A stretch of DNA of 64,000 nucleotides, taken from the NCBI GenBank assembly GCA_012295275.1, contig CM022671.1:19406001-19470000 (forward strand), written 5' to 3'. The translations under genes and the position numbers were made by a program. A model generated the notes under the pieces. That model was not told the origin of the DNA and did no database searches. It saw only the letters and a list, made by a program, of their open reading frames with translations. Shown here piece after piece: positions 1 through 11,214 of the stretch. Position 1 is the stretch's first letter; each line of letters begins with the position of its first letter. Source of the DNA: Chrysomallon squamiferum (taxonomy: Eukaryota; Animalia; Mollusca).

Positions 1-113
1 CCCTTATGTGGACACAAATTATCAGTCCATTCATATAGCTTGTCTGTTGCTAATTATCTGTATGTAATTTTCTTTTATACATAGAGAATAATTTTTTTTA
101 ATTAATTTATTAC

Positions 114-229
114 CCGAGCAAATGTTTTCCATTTTTCATCCAATAACTGCTTCATGACTCCATCTTCCAACATCTCAAGATGGTCATCAGTGTCACCATT
201 AACAATGATCATAAGAGAAGAACTCCAGT
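114..229 (-). CDS. TRPV: TRPV coding exon 7 ([12 protein letters not shown]...[12 protein letters not shown], pre-S1 region)
   Basis: TTCAG acceptor, GTAATA donor; lies within ORF 102..305. Confidence 0.92.
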
Positions 230-1002
230 CTGAATGAAGTAAAAGAAAAAAAAAAAAATTAAAATATTTAAAAGTACAGAAAAAGGAATATTTTACTGTT
301 TGCATTTTATTCCATTCTTAAAATTAACTTCCGTGGTCATCTCAGTCAGCATGACAGACTTTAAAGCAGATACCAAAAAAGTTATTACAACCACTGACAA
401 TGATAAGATGCTCATGGTGATATAAGGTACAAGTTTCCATGGTCATCCAACTGTCTGGGTTATCTATCCTTTGATTATCATAATCATCAAAAAAAAAAAA
501 AAAAAAAATAATAATAATAATAATAACAAAAAAAAAAAAAAATTAATAAAAAAATAACTGTAATATAATCTGTTCTTGAAAATGTGTTTTTCTTCCTGGG
601 TTTGGTAATTAATTAGATATATATTTTTAATGTTATCTGAAATCTGTTCAAACAATTTATTAGTCAAAAAGTTTCAAATTTCCTATTTTTTTTTTTTATA
701 CACTTCTGTGAACTATATGCATTTGAAGCCAAAAAAAAGTGTGGGGGGGAATAAAATAATAAAACTGTTTGAAAGCCTGAGCTATAATGCAGGAAATAAA
801 ACTAGGGGGAAAGAAAGATAAAAAACAATCAATATGGATGTAAAATTAAAAAAAAAAATTAGAAAAATCGTGTGAACGCTATTAAGCTATTATTTAGAAG
901 AAAAAAAACATTGCACCAAAAATAACCGCAGAAAATAACAAACAAACAAAATAAAAATACACCCCCAAAAACCTAAATATAATCAGCAACAATAGATCTA
1001 TG

Positions 1003-1044
<42 letters not shown>

Positions 1045-4000
1045 ATAGAATATTAATTCATACTTGTTTCTCCATCAGGATTAATTGAATCCAAGGTGGT
1101 TAAAGGATATGCTGAACAGTACACATTACTATAAGACCAAAACTTCTGAAAATATTAAATAACAAATGCAACTATTTCACAAAATTGTCTTGATGGATAA
1201 ATTTCTATTGTTTTTGTTTTTTTTAATTAAATTAATATATATAACAGCTTTTATAAGTTTCCTAATATTGAAGTATATCTGAACTGATAGATGAATTAAA
1301 TCTTGTAATATTCAAAATGAGTTCTTCTAATCAAAACATTAACTGTACTTATTATATATGTTGTTATTATTATTTTTAATTGATTTATTTTGATTAAAAC
1401 ACCCACATATTTTACAAATAAAAACACTAAGTTACATATTCTCTTTTAGTCTACTATCATTATTTTTAAAATTAACTTTTTCTATTTAAACACCATCCTT
1501 ATTTTTAAAAAATGTATAATTTTATAATTAAAACACTAACAGTGCTACTTAGTTCAAGAATCTCTTTAAACATGACACTTCTGCCTAGTTTGGTGGCCAG
1601 GGTAACCGGAGTTAGTCCCATATTATTTTGTTTGTCTGTCTTGGCACACTTGTTTTTGTGCTGTACAGCATGCTTGTACATTTGCTGTAAATTGGCAATA
1701 AACAAGTAAATGAAATTAGTCTCAATTTTCTATTACAATAAATACTGAAACAATCATATTTTAATAATATAATAAAAAATAAATAAATAGAATAGATAAA
1801 ATTAAAAAAATATACCAAAAAAATTAAAAAAGTTGACTAATGATAAAAAAAAGCCCCATTAAAAACCCCAACAAATAAATAAAAAAAAACCAACAAAAAA
1901 CAACAACAAATAAATAAATTTAAAAAATAAATAAAAATAATAGAAAATAAAATTAAAATTAATAATTAATAATATCACTAACTGGCTGGTTATGTATGAC
2001 AGTCATATGAAGAACTGTATTTCCAAAAGAATCCTGTTTATTGGGGTCGGCACCTTTCTCAATAAGATAGTCATAGATCTCGTCATAATTAAAACATGCA
2101 GCAAATGCAAGGGGATATTCTCCATAATATGCATCTCCTACAACACATTACCAAAAAAAAAATAATAATAATAATAATAAAAAAGTAATAATAATAATAA
2201 TAATAATAATAATGAAATATTTATGTCTTTTAAGAATGAAATAAAAAAACAATTATTTGTTTTCAAAAAGGTAGAAATGTTTTATATAATGAGACAATCA
2301 AAGTAGTTTTATATGGTTCATAAAATTTTGTTTAAACATTGTACAGACAGTGAGACATGCTACCACAGTAAGATGAGTTTTTATGATACGAGGGATCTAT
2401 TATAATTATGCACTTTGGTATATAAGATTTACTACAGACTTTGATACATCAGTTGTGGGATATCAGCTGAAACACTGGGGAAACAGCACATATCTGAACA
2501 CATCACTCTTGCCAAGTTGAAATATATTGTAAAAGAAGCAAAGGACTTTATATATAGTAATGCATTTGAATGTTTCATTTATTTTTGGTATAAAAACATA
2601 AATTTTTGAGTACCACACAATGGCTAATATTTTCTCTTACTTTAACTTTTCACAATGAGGAGTGTTATTATAATAATAAAATGTTATACAAAATAATATT
2701 ATTAATTGAAAAAATGTAATAATAAAAAAATAATTCATTTCTAAATAATCCTCAAAATAATATTATTAATTGAAAAAATATAATAATAAAAAAATAATAA
2801 AAAATAAATAAATAAAAAAAAAATAAAGAAGAAATAATTCATTTCTAAATAGGTGTATCCTCAGTCAAACAATATTATTAATTGAAAAAATATAATAATA
2901 AAAAAATAATAAAAAATAAATAAATAAATAAAAAATAAAGAAGAAATAATTCATTTCTAAATAGGTGTATCCTCAGTCAAATAGGGATTTTTATATATTT
3001 CTCTGAACAAAATAAAGAGATAATTTCATTCTGTGTTTTTTATCCATTTTATCATTTTGCCAGAGGTATACTTTAAAAAAGATAAAAAAAAAAAAAAAAA
3101 AAATCTGGAATTTAACATTTTTAAACAGATAAATGCAAAGAACTACACTGTTCTTAATATTATATTATTCTTTAAATAAATGTGCATGGAAAATCAAAAT
3201 GCATTGATTATAAAAAAATTGCTCTAATCCAACTCCATTAATCTGGAAAACTAAGTGAGGCCTATGTTTACATGGTAATCAGTTAAAAATGATTACCCAT
3301 TTACAACAATACTGGTGGCTGTAACCAGTAATGACAAATGAAATTTTCAACTAACAATGTTAATATAGTTTCTATGAACAATCAACAATCACAGCTTAAC
3401 ATTTCTTGGGCACAATAAAGTGTTTGGAAAACAGACAGATTCAGGTATCTTTCACAATCACATTGTTTTGAAGTTTATTATAGAATATATATGGTATTTT
3501 GTAGTCATAATTCCAAACAAACAAAAAGAAGAAAATTCACAGTATCTATTGTTTCCAAGTGCGTTTACTGAATTTAATAATAATATAGTCAAGTGGAGGT
3601 TATAACAACAGTAAACCCTTTTTAATTTCCAAAATGAATGGGAAAACAAAGAAAAATAAAATAAATCAAAAATCAAAAGTAAAAACAAGGTGTTAAAAAA
3701 TCAACAGACATTGGTGTGTAGAATGTCTCCTACTGATTATTAAATAATTTCTTTATGTTTCATAAATTAAATTTTCTTTTGATCTAGAATATAATTATCT
3801 GTATAACATTTTTCTTTTCTTTTCATCAGATGTCCTTAAATTAATGAATTATTTTTGACTACAACAACAACAACAATGAACAATAAATAAATTAAAGGAA
3901 TAAAATATATAAAATTTATAAAATTTATAAAAAAAAAGAACACCAGCAAAAAAATAAAATTAATAAACATCTGTATGACCTTCATAATTGGTGTTTTCGG

Positions 4001-5181
4001 ATTTTCTTTTTTTTTGATCAGTTGGTAAAAAGAATTGACCAGTGGCTCTTTGATGAATTTTAGCTTCTGTTTTCAACTAGTTTTTTCACCATTTCAAAAT
4101 GGTTATACACAATAGCAAGGTGTAAAGCACTTTCTCCTATAAAAAAATAAGAAAAGAAATTTGATTGAAAAAATACAAGCCTTTAAAAATGTTTACAAGT
4201 CAAAGAATTATGAATTAAAATGAATAAACTAATTTTCAATTTAAAACAAATACAAATAATAAAATTAATAAAAATCTATCCTACCTAAAATTTCCATCAA
4301 TGCTTCATGCTTTTTATGAAAACCAAAGATATTCATACTTTCGGAACAATTGAAATTTAAAGAATTACCAAAATAGTCTTTTCCTTCATAAACATCCAGT
4401 GCCATGTTGGGGTACAACTCTAATAGTAAGCTGGCAACTTTTAGTTCACCAGTAAGAATTGCAAGATGAAAAGCTGTTTCCCCAACACCACCACGTTTTT
4501 TCAAATTCCAGCAGGCTTCGTGTTCTTTAATCTCATTAAATGGGTTCTTTGAAGAATAATATTTCTTAATTTGTTCATTGTTCATTTTTTTCCCTTGATC
4601 ACCCTAAAAGAAATGAGTAAAAACATAATTGCAAAAACTTGTAGTTAAAGAACACCATCAGATCAATGTAATATACAGTGGTTAATTTAAAGTTGTACCA
4701 TAAATAAAATAACTGTGTGTGAATTTACAGATATTTACAAGTACACAAAATACATTTTTAATTATAAAACAAAATACTATTTTGAAACATTTCATTTGTC
4801 AGAATTTTAAAATATTTTTGTTTGGTGTCTACAAAAAGAAAAATAAGAAATGAAGTATATTGTATGGATAACAATAAACAAATAAATAAATAAATGAATA
4901 AAACTTACTAATTTGATCTTATACCAATCATAGAACTCTTCCTCTGTAATTTTATGAGGCTCATTCTCCTCTTCTTCATACAGGTACTCTCCTTTTCTCA
5001 GCTGTCGTGAGTAAAAATCTTTAGCCTCTTCATTGTCAATTTCTTGAGCAAACATACCTGTACCATCCAAACCAACAAGTTTGTACATTGTGTTTTTATC
5101 CTGCTCTTCATTCTGTTTTTTCCAAGTAGCATCATTATCTTCATTTTCTGGATTACTACATTCCCTTAACATGTTACCCAT
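114..5181 (-). CDS. TRPV: TRPV cation channel, Inactive/OSM-9-like; 5' portion (N-terminus, ankyrin repeats, membrane-proximal linker); 7 coding exons, 3' end outside the window; one apparent frameshift in exon 3
   Basis: Manually spliced GT-AG exons 5181-4909, 4603-4369, 4136-3980, 2137-1983, 1684-1541, 1145-1064 and 229-114 total 1162 nt (387 codons after removing 1 nt). Motifs: [112 protein letters not shown]. These match invertebrate TRPV, closest to the iav/osm-9 type (from memory). Confidence 0.93.
1064..1145 (-). CDS. TRPV: TRPV coding exon 6 ([27 protein letters not shown])
   Basis: TTTTCAG acceptor, GTATGA donor; iav/osm-9-type linker motif. Confidence 0.92.
1541..1684 (-). CDS. TRPV: TRPV coding exon 5 ([25 protein letters not shown])
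   Basis: TTTACAG acceptor, GTTAGT donor, 48 codons; lies within ORF 1505..1705. Confidence 0.92.
1983..2137 (-). CDS. TRPV: TRPV coding exon 4 ([14 protein letters not shown]...[19 protein letters not shown])
   Basis: TAG acceptor, GTTAGT donor, open frame, canonical TRPV ankyrin motifs. Confidence 0.93.
2300..2510 (-). mobile_element. Decayed SINE fragment in TRPV intron 3
   Basis: Contains AGGGATCTATTATAATTATGCAC and CTTTGATACATCAGTTGTGG, resembling the core seen at 37645 and 38660. Confidence 0.4.
2692..2981. repeat. Tandem duplication, ~112-bp unit x2 plus a shorter upstream copy
   Basis: AATATTATTAATTGAAAAAA...TAATTCATTTCTAAATAGGTGTATCCTCAGTCAAA repeated at ~2759-2869 and ~2871-2981. 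Confidence 0.85.
3980..4136 (-). CDS. TRPV: TRPV coding exon 3 ([22 protein letters not shown] / [19 protein letters not shown]...NYEG), frameshifted
   Basis: 157 nt between two phase-1 junctions, where 156 is needed. Conserved motifs on either side of the A4 run (plus-strand T 4070-4073) lie in different frames. Donor GTCATA is weak. Confidence 0.85.
4369..4603 (-). CDS. TRPV: TRPV coding exon 2 (first ankyrin repeat, [14 protein letters not shown])
   Basis: TTTTAG acceptor, GTAATT donor, phase 0 to 1; overlaps ORF 4265..4585. Confidence 0.92.
4909..5181 (-). CDS. TRPV: TRPV coding exon 1 (MGNMLREC...WYKIKL)
   Basis: ATG at 5181, 91 open codons, donor GTAAGT at 4908. A polypyrimidine-AG acceptor at 5249-5248 implies the exon starts at 5247, after an upstream UTR exon. 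Confidence 0.85.
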
Positions 5182-6440
5182 CTTTGTTTATTATATTATA
5201 ACTAATTACGGAACCAATACATCAGTTATATTTCAGGGAATAATGATCTAAAAAAAAAAAAAAAAAATAATAATAATAATCAAAGAAAGGATATAATTAA
5301 ATGTAATTTTTGAATACATGTATGTTTAAGCATAATAGATTTCAAACAAGCAAATAACAGTTTGAAAATTAAATTAGGTAAACCATTTTGATATGATTTA
5401 CAAATAAATATAAGATGTTACACAACCATAATTATCACCTTTCCCCTCCCGTAATGTAATCCACACTTTTGTTTGAGTTTGGCAAATTTATGATTTTAAC
5501 CAAAATTAAAACGGTTTTGAGTTGCCTTTCACTTGTCACATTGATTTTTATAGCCCTCTATACACATTGTAATAGAAATTAACAACAAATGAAAATAATT
5601 TTGTTTCTGTACAGGTCATACTGATATGTACCAGTGTTCATTTCAAACAGGTCATACTGTATTTTAGAACATTGTTCAAATTTTCAACACAAAGAGCCAG
5701 TTTAACCCGAAACAAACAGTGCCCCCACTTGACTAGTTTCAGCTAGAATGAACTTGGCATTTACATCAGTCAGGATGACAGCATGTCTGTCTATTGTTAG
5801 AAGGCTAACAAGCAAAAATAGGTTTATTATTTCATATAAATTGTATATTATCTGCATTAACGGTAAAACACAACACAGAAAAATACTAAGGAAAACATGA
5901 ACCCGATACACAACTACCCGATGTTGGAAATTTATAGTGATAGTTGTAGTGTTCATTTAAATTTTCATAGTTTAATATCAGCTACATAAATTTCTACAAC
6001 ATTATTTTGACAAAATAAAGAATTTTAAAAAGTTACAGCCTGGTTATCGTAGGATAAATTACATCAGCTATATTGGACTATATAAGACTAACTGGACTAT
6101 CTAGTCCGAACATGCCGTGTATGCTTTGTAAAACACATAAAAAAGCAGAAAAAAAATAAGCTTATATTTTCTATTTTTTGTTGCTGTTAAGATTAATTCT
6201 TGATAAACTGTCGCAATCAGAAAAAAAAAAAAAAAAATTAAAAAAGAGTATATTCAGATTGAATCGACTCACTTCATATATTAATTAACGAAGAGGTGTT
6301 TCAACAGGTTTCTCAGCACCAGTTCTGACAGATCAGACATGAATAGGGCAGATCATATTTGAGGATAGCGTCTGTTAGCAACCATTCAGTATTGTTATTA
6401 TTTACGCATATAAACAAAAAGTAACTTCATTTTTACATAC

Positions 6441-6620
6441 CTGTATCCCACGGATTTCCTTTCTTCGTTTATCAAGGAAATTATTACTTTGTAGGCTGAG
6501 GGACAAAACATTTCACCATTTGCAAAACATATCTCCTAATAGATCGCGTGATTAAGAATCTAGCCAATCCTACACAATTACTAACTAGTAAATTTTTACG
6601 ATATATTTTCGATTGAAACT

Positions 6621-6668
<48 letters not shown>

Positions 6669-6972
6669 AGAATTCATTCTTACAAAAACAATTAACATGT
6701 TCCATGAAAGTTATTCAGCCAATGGGTCTATTAACTGAAATATCTCTGCACTCCCTTGTGGCATTTTATTTTTGTCTGGTGTAAATAAATTATAAACTCC
6801 GAATTTAATGTTTTTACGCTTCATTCTTTTATGTCATCAGGCAGAAATACTGTGATAAGCATGCTTCATAAGAGCTTTGATCAACACGTTAATTTTTAAC
6901 TGACTTAAGAAATTTTGTCGTATAGCTGTGGGTGCATTAATGTCTTGGGAGGAATTTAAAAATATTATTCAG
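6441..6972. promoter_or_regulatory. Candidate bidirectional promoter / 5' UTR region shared by TRPV (-) and the LTA4H pseudogene (+)
   Basis: Minus-strand donor CAG|GTATGT at 6440 could end a non-coding TRPV first exon. CCAAT boxes at 6564-6568 and 6719-6723, poly-T tract 6622-6664, locally more CpG than the flanking gene bodies; LTA4H start at 6973. Confidence 0.5.
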
Positions 6973-8425
6973 ATGGGGGTCAGTAGGTACTGTCGATCGT
7001 AGTTCATTTTCAGATCCAAAACAATGTGTTGTTGCTAAATTACACATCGATTTAGAAATCAACTTTAATAACAATATTTTGGAAGCAGTGTTCTAGTAAC
7101 GGCTGAGAAGCAAAACAAGCATATTAAAACAGTTGTAAGTGATTTTATCGCACACAAATCATGAAAAAGAAACTGAAACGAATTTATTATTTAGCTAAAC
7201 CAGGTGTGGTTTAAGTAGCCTAGATGAGAAATAATGTTGATTTCTTTGTATGTGTAACTGAGTGTTTACATAACTATAAAGCGCGCACACACTATAAATT
7301 ATAGTAACCCATTATTTTCTTTCTTTTCTTTTTTAAGCTTGAGTCAAAAATAATTCAAAAACTAAATGAAATTAACTTTTTTTTGTTAGCTCATTACTCT
7401 ACCATGTATTAGTTTCAAGTGTTTTGATTTTGTTGCCACCTACAAAGTTAAACATCAAAGAAATATATTTTGAACTTTATGTGTGTGTGTGTGTGTGTGT
7501 GTGTAAATAGGCAATAACTGGTTACAGTTTTAAGATATCAGCTTTAACCTTCAAGAGTCAGAATCCTGTGCAGCAAGGTTTTGCTATTCCCATGTGATAT
7601 GACAATAACTGATTATTTCTTTTATCCTGCAGTCCTAAATAGTCCAAAACCTAAATGAAATTAACTGGGTTTTTCTCACATCAATGCTCATTAGATTAGC
7701 AGTCCGATGCACAATTATTTCATTGTTGTATACAAAAACTGTATATCAAAACAAAATAATTCTTAAATAAGAAGAATTTATTTTCAAAATAGTCTTTTAA
7801 GATTTAAACCAGCAATTAATTATTAAAAAAAATAACTGTGAACAATGTATATATGTACACACAAACACAGATATGTATATATATAATCTATCCTTCAGAT
7901 TTTGGATAGCTGCAAGACTAAGATTTCACAAGTTCTTTTCAAGGCTACAAAAAAAGAAACACAAAAATAAACTTGGAGAGCCAATAAAGTCATGTGGATC
8001 AAAGTTTGAAATAACTTTACCAACAACCAGTGAAAACAAGTTTCATTATATTTATCATATAATCTGAGATTTGGAAGCAGAGCTGAAAGTGAGTGAAAAT
8101 TGGGACAAGCACCTATTTCTGATATATTTTGAGAGAAAATATAAAACATTAACTTTGATGTGAACAATTGTTTTTTTTCAGGACTTAACCCAAGCTCATA
8201 TCCTATGCAAAAAGATGCATTGGTATTAAACATAATGAAAATTTTTAAAAATATTTTTATAGTCATTCCATCTTTCCCTTTCTCTTTGATTAAAAATTAA
8301 ATATAAATTACCTTTAGATTTGTACAGTAAAAATTGTTTTAAATAATTATAAGAATCTTAGAAGATAAAAATTCCATACTGGTTTTTATTAAGTATTGTC
8401 CTTTTTTTTTCTTTTTTCTTTTTAG

Positions 8426-8536
8426 AGTGCCATAGTTATTGAGTACAAAACATCAAAGGCCAGCACAGCTCTACAATGGCTAAAAAGAGAGCAGACAGCT
8501 GGAAAACGGCAACCATATTTATTCAGCCAGTGTCAG
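8426..8536 (+). pseudogene. LTA4H: LTA4H exon remnant, open frame ([37 protein letters not shown])
   Basis: Polypyrimidine-AG acceptor and GTAAGA donor; matches human [24 protein letters not shown]. Confidence 0.93.
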
Positions 8537-10344
8537 GTAAGATTATCTTTTGTTTTTGTTTGACTGTTTTGTATTTTCAGTGTGTTCATATACACATACA
8601 TACTTGTGTACATGCAATTATTTATTGTAAAAAGCAAAGTAGTGTCAGGTAATTTTAAAAGTAAAGTAAGGATTACATATAGAAAAAGATTTTATGTTTA
8701 ATTTAGCAAGCATTCATCAGTATAAACTGATATAAATTAATTTGTTTAAATGTTATAACAAAATCTGGTATTTAAGGCTATTCATGCCAGAAGTATTGTG
8801 CCCTATCAGGATACACCTTACGTAAAATTTCATTACACAGCCAAGGTAAGGTGAAGTCAACTATCAATTACAGATATTTGAAATAACCAAACCTTTTTGC
8901 ATAACTAAATTCAATTTTTATTACTTTAATGGTTTATCTAAAATAACATTGGAATTATACATTATTTAACAATCTTTACCTGTCACTTCTTTAAATATTC
9001 ATTCTATCAAATGATTTTACAACAAAGAAAATAAGTTATTGCAAAAAATTAATATTAATAGAAAATTTGTTTGTATAAAAGTAGTTTAAGAAATTGTTTC
9101 AGAAGATCTTGTAACCTCTTTACTACTCGGGCTAAGTTACACACTTGTACCAAGCCCAATTTTCTTATTTCTAAAATACATTAATTATAACTTTTACTGA
9201 TATTTGGAATAATGACCCCAGTAATCTCTATATTTCAGAAAAATATCATAAACAAATATAACTATGTCAGAGGAACAGATATTAAAATATTTTATATAAT
9301 ACTTGTATACAAACAATGATATGTACTTACATATATACATACAAGAGACAGAATGAAACAGAATTATTATGTATTACCAACAGGAAATTGATAAATATGT
9401 TGAAACAGTAAAATATCTAGATTTTATAAAAAAATGATTCATAAACAAAATATAATTATATCAGAGGAACAGATATTGAAATATATAATACTATTTTTAT
9501 GCTATTAATGAATGATAATGTTAATATATTTACTTACACTTCTATTTATTTATATCTTTGTATATTTTGGTTGTCACTAAAATAGACTTATTTAAAAAAA
9601 GAAATTCTTATTTATTTTAAAATAATTTTAGATGAAATATTTAATAATTTAAAAGGAGTATAAAAAAAAATTCACAACTGATTTTAATTTTAATTTTTTT
9701 AAATGTTCTTTTTGTATTTGATTCTATTATATTGTCAAAAGTAAAAAAAAAAAAAACATTAACAAGTTTTGTTATTTTTAAGGATCAATGGGCCCTGATC
9801 AAAGGCATGGTCTCAAAACGAGTTAGTTGATTTGGTGGCATATGAATCTGCTGACGTAATTATTATTGTTGTTTTTATAAATAGCCAGATAATATTAATA
9901 AAAAGTTCATTATTTCTTTGTATGTTAAGGTTTCATAATGTAATTTATGAGTTTGTAATTTAAAACACGTGACACTTTATTATCCTTACTTAATATTTAT
10001 TTTCCAATTTTTTCATTCATTAATTTCATATGATATAGTAATAATATTTCAAAAATGATTTCACAAATAATAATAATTGAATAAAAAAAATTGGTAAGAT
10101 AATTAGTAAAGGCAAATAAGCAAAACATTCTGATTTTCAAAATGAATTCGCATTGGATTTTGGTGTGTCATCATTTGTCATATTAAGTTAAACTTTGATA
10201 TTCTTAATAGAAAGGGTATAGTTTAAATGACATGACCTAGAACTTTATACTTTTTACAGTGTAGTGTATTATTAGTACTAAATTACTAAATTTGTTTTGA
10301 TCATAGTACAATATGTAAGCTTTAATTAACACACAGGATTGTTT

Positions 10345-10540
10345 TATTTTGATTCAGTCATTAAGATGAATATCTCTTTCTGTACTTCATCTGTTTTGAT
10401 GATTCTATCATTACTGAAATGAATATCTCTTTCTCTGTTTTATCTATTTAATATTTCTGTCATTAATAAAAGGAATATCTTTTGCACCTTTTAATCTATT
10501 TTTATGATTCTGTCATCAGTAAAAATGCATTTCTTTTGCG
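10345..10540. repeat. Degenerate minisatellite, ~52-bp unit, about 4 copies, in an LTA4H intron
   Basis: Recurring GATTCTRTCATTA...GAATATCTCTTT...ATCTRTTT units. Confidence 0.65.
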
Positions 10541-10595
10541 ATATTTTTTAATGTAACTGTCTAAACTTTTGTACAGATACATCTTGTTATTTCAG

Positions 10596-10737
10596 ACAGA
10601 AGACATGTTAAAAACTGCAGTCACTACTTTGACCCAATGTATGGGGCAGCAGTTATGATCTGTTTGTTTTACTGCCATCTTTTCCCTTTGGTGGAATGGA
10701 AAACCCTTGTTTGACTTTTGTCACACCAACTTTACTG
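10596..10737 (+). pseudogene. LTA4H: LTA4H exon remnant containing the GXMEN motif, with a frameshift and TGA
   Basis: TEDMLKTA, frame change at ~10620, then [38 protein letters not shown]; TGA at 10630-10632. Confidence 0.93.
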
Positions 10738-11119
10738 GTATGTTGAACAAGTATCTGGACAAAATAAGATTTTATTCATCAAGTAAAACAGGAAACTGAT
10801 AAAGCAATTATTTATATGTATGGTCCATATAAAAATAAAAGAGAAATGTTTATGGTCTTTATTATGATAACAAGTAAATTTCTTCCTTTTCAATTCCATT
10901 ATAAGAATAAAAATAATTAACACATTATTGAGAAGCAAATGTTGATGTCGTGTTCGAAATAAAAAAAAAATAAAAATTAAATATAAATTTCTTTGTCAAA
11001 TCTCATTTTAATTTGGCCACTGGTGGTGAATATCATAAATGTATTTTTCTGAAATGTATGTTGAGATTAAATATATATTAATTTATTCACATCTTTAACG
11101 ATTTTTATTTTTTTGTCAG

Positions 11120-11214
11120 GCTGGAGATCGATCCCTTGCTGATGTTGTAGCCCATGAAATTTCACATAGCTGGACTGGAAACCTTGTCACCAACAATTCC
11201 TGTGAACATTTCTG
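11120..11214 (+). pseudogene. LTA4H: LTA4H exon remnant containing the HEXXH zinc motif (HEISH, 11153-11167)
   Basis: [32 protein letters not shown] with canonical splice sites. Confidence 0.95.

Noticed and set aside
7895-8266. 123-aa minus-strand ORF antisense to LTA4H exon 2
   Set aside because: No recognisable homology; it overlaps a pseudogene exon and AT-rich intron, so probably a chance open frame.
2692-10540. CRISPR-like arrays in the short tandem repeats (2692-2981, 10345-10540)
   Set aside because: Eukaryotic intronic tandem duplications with no unique spacers and no cas genes.
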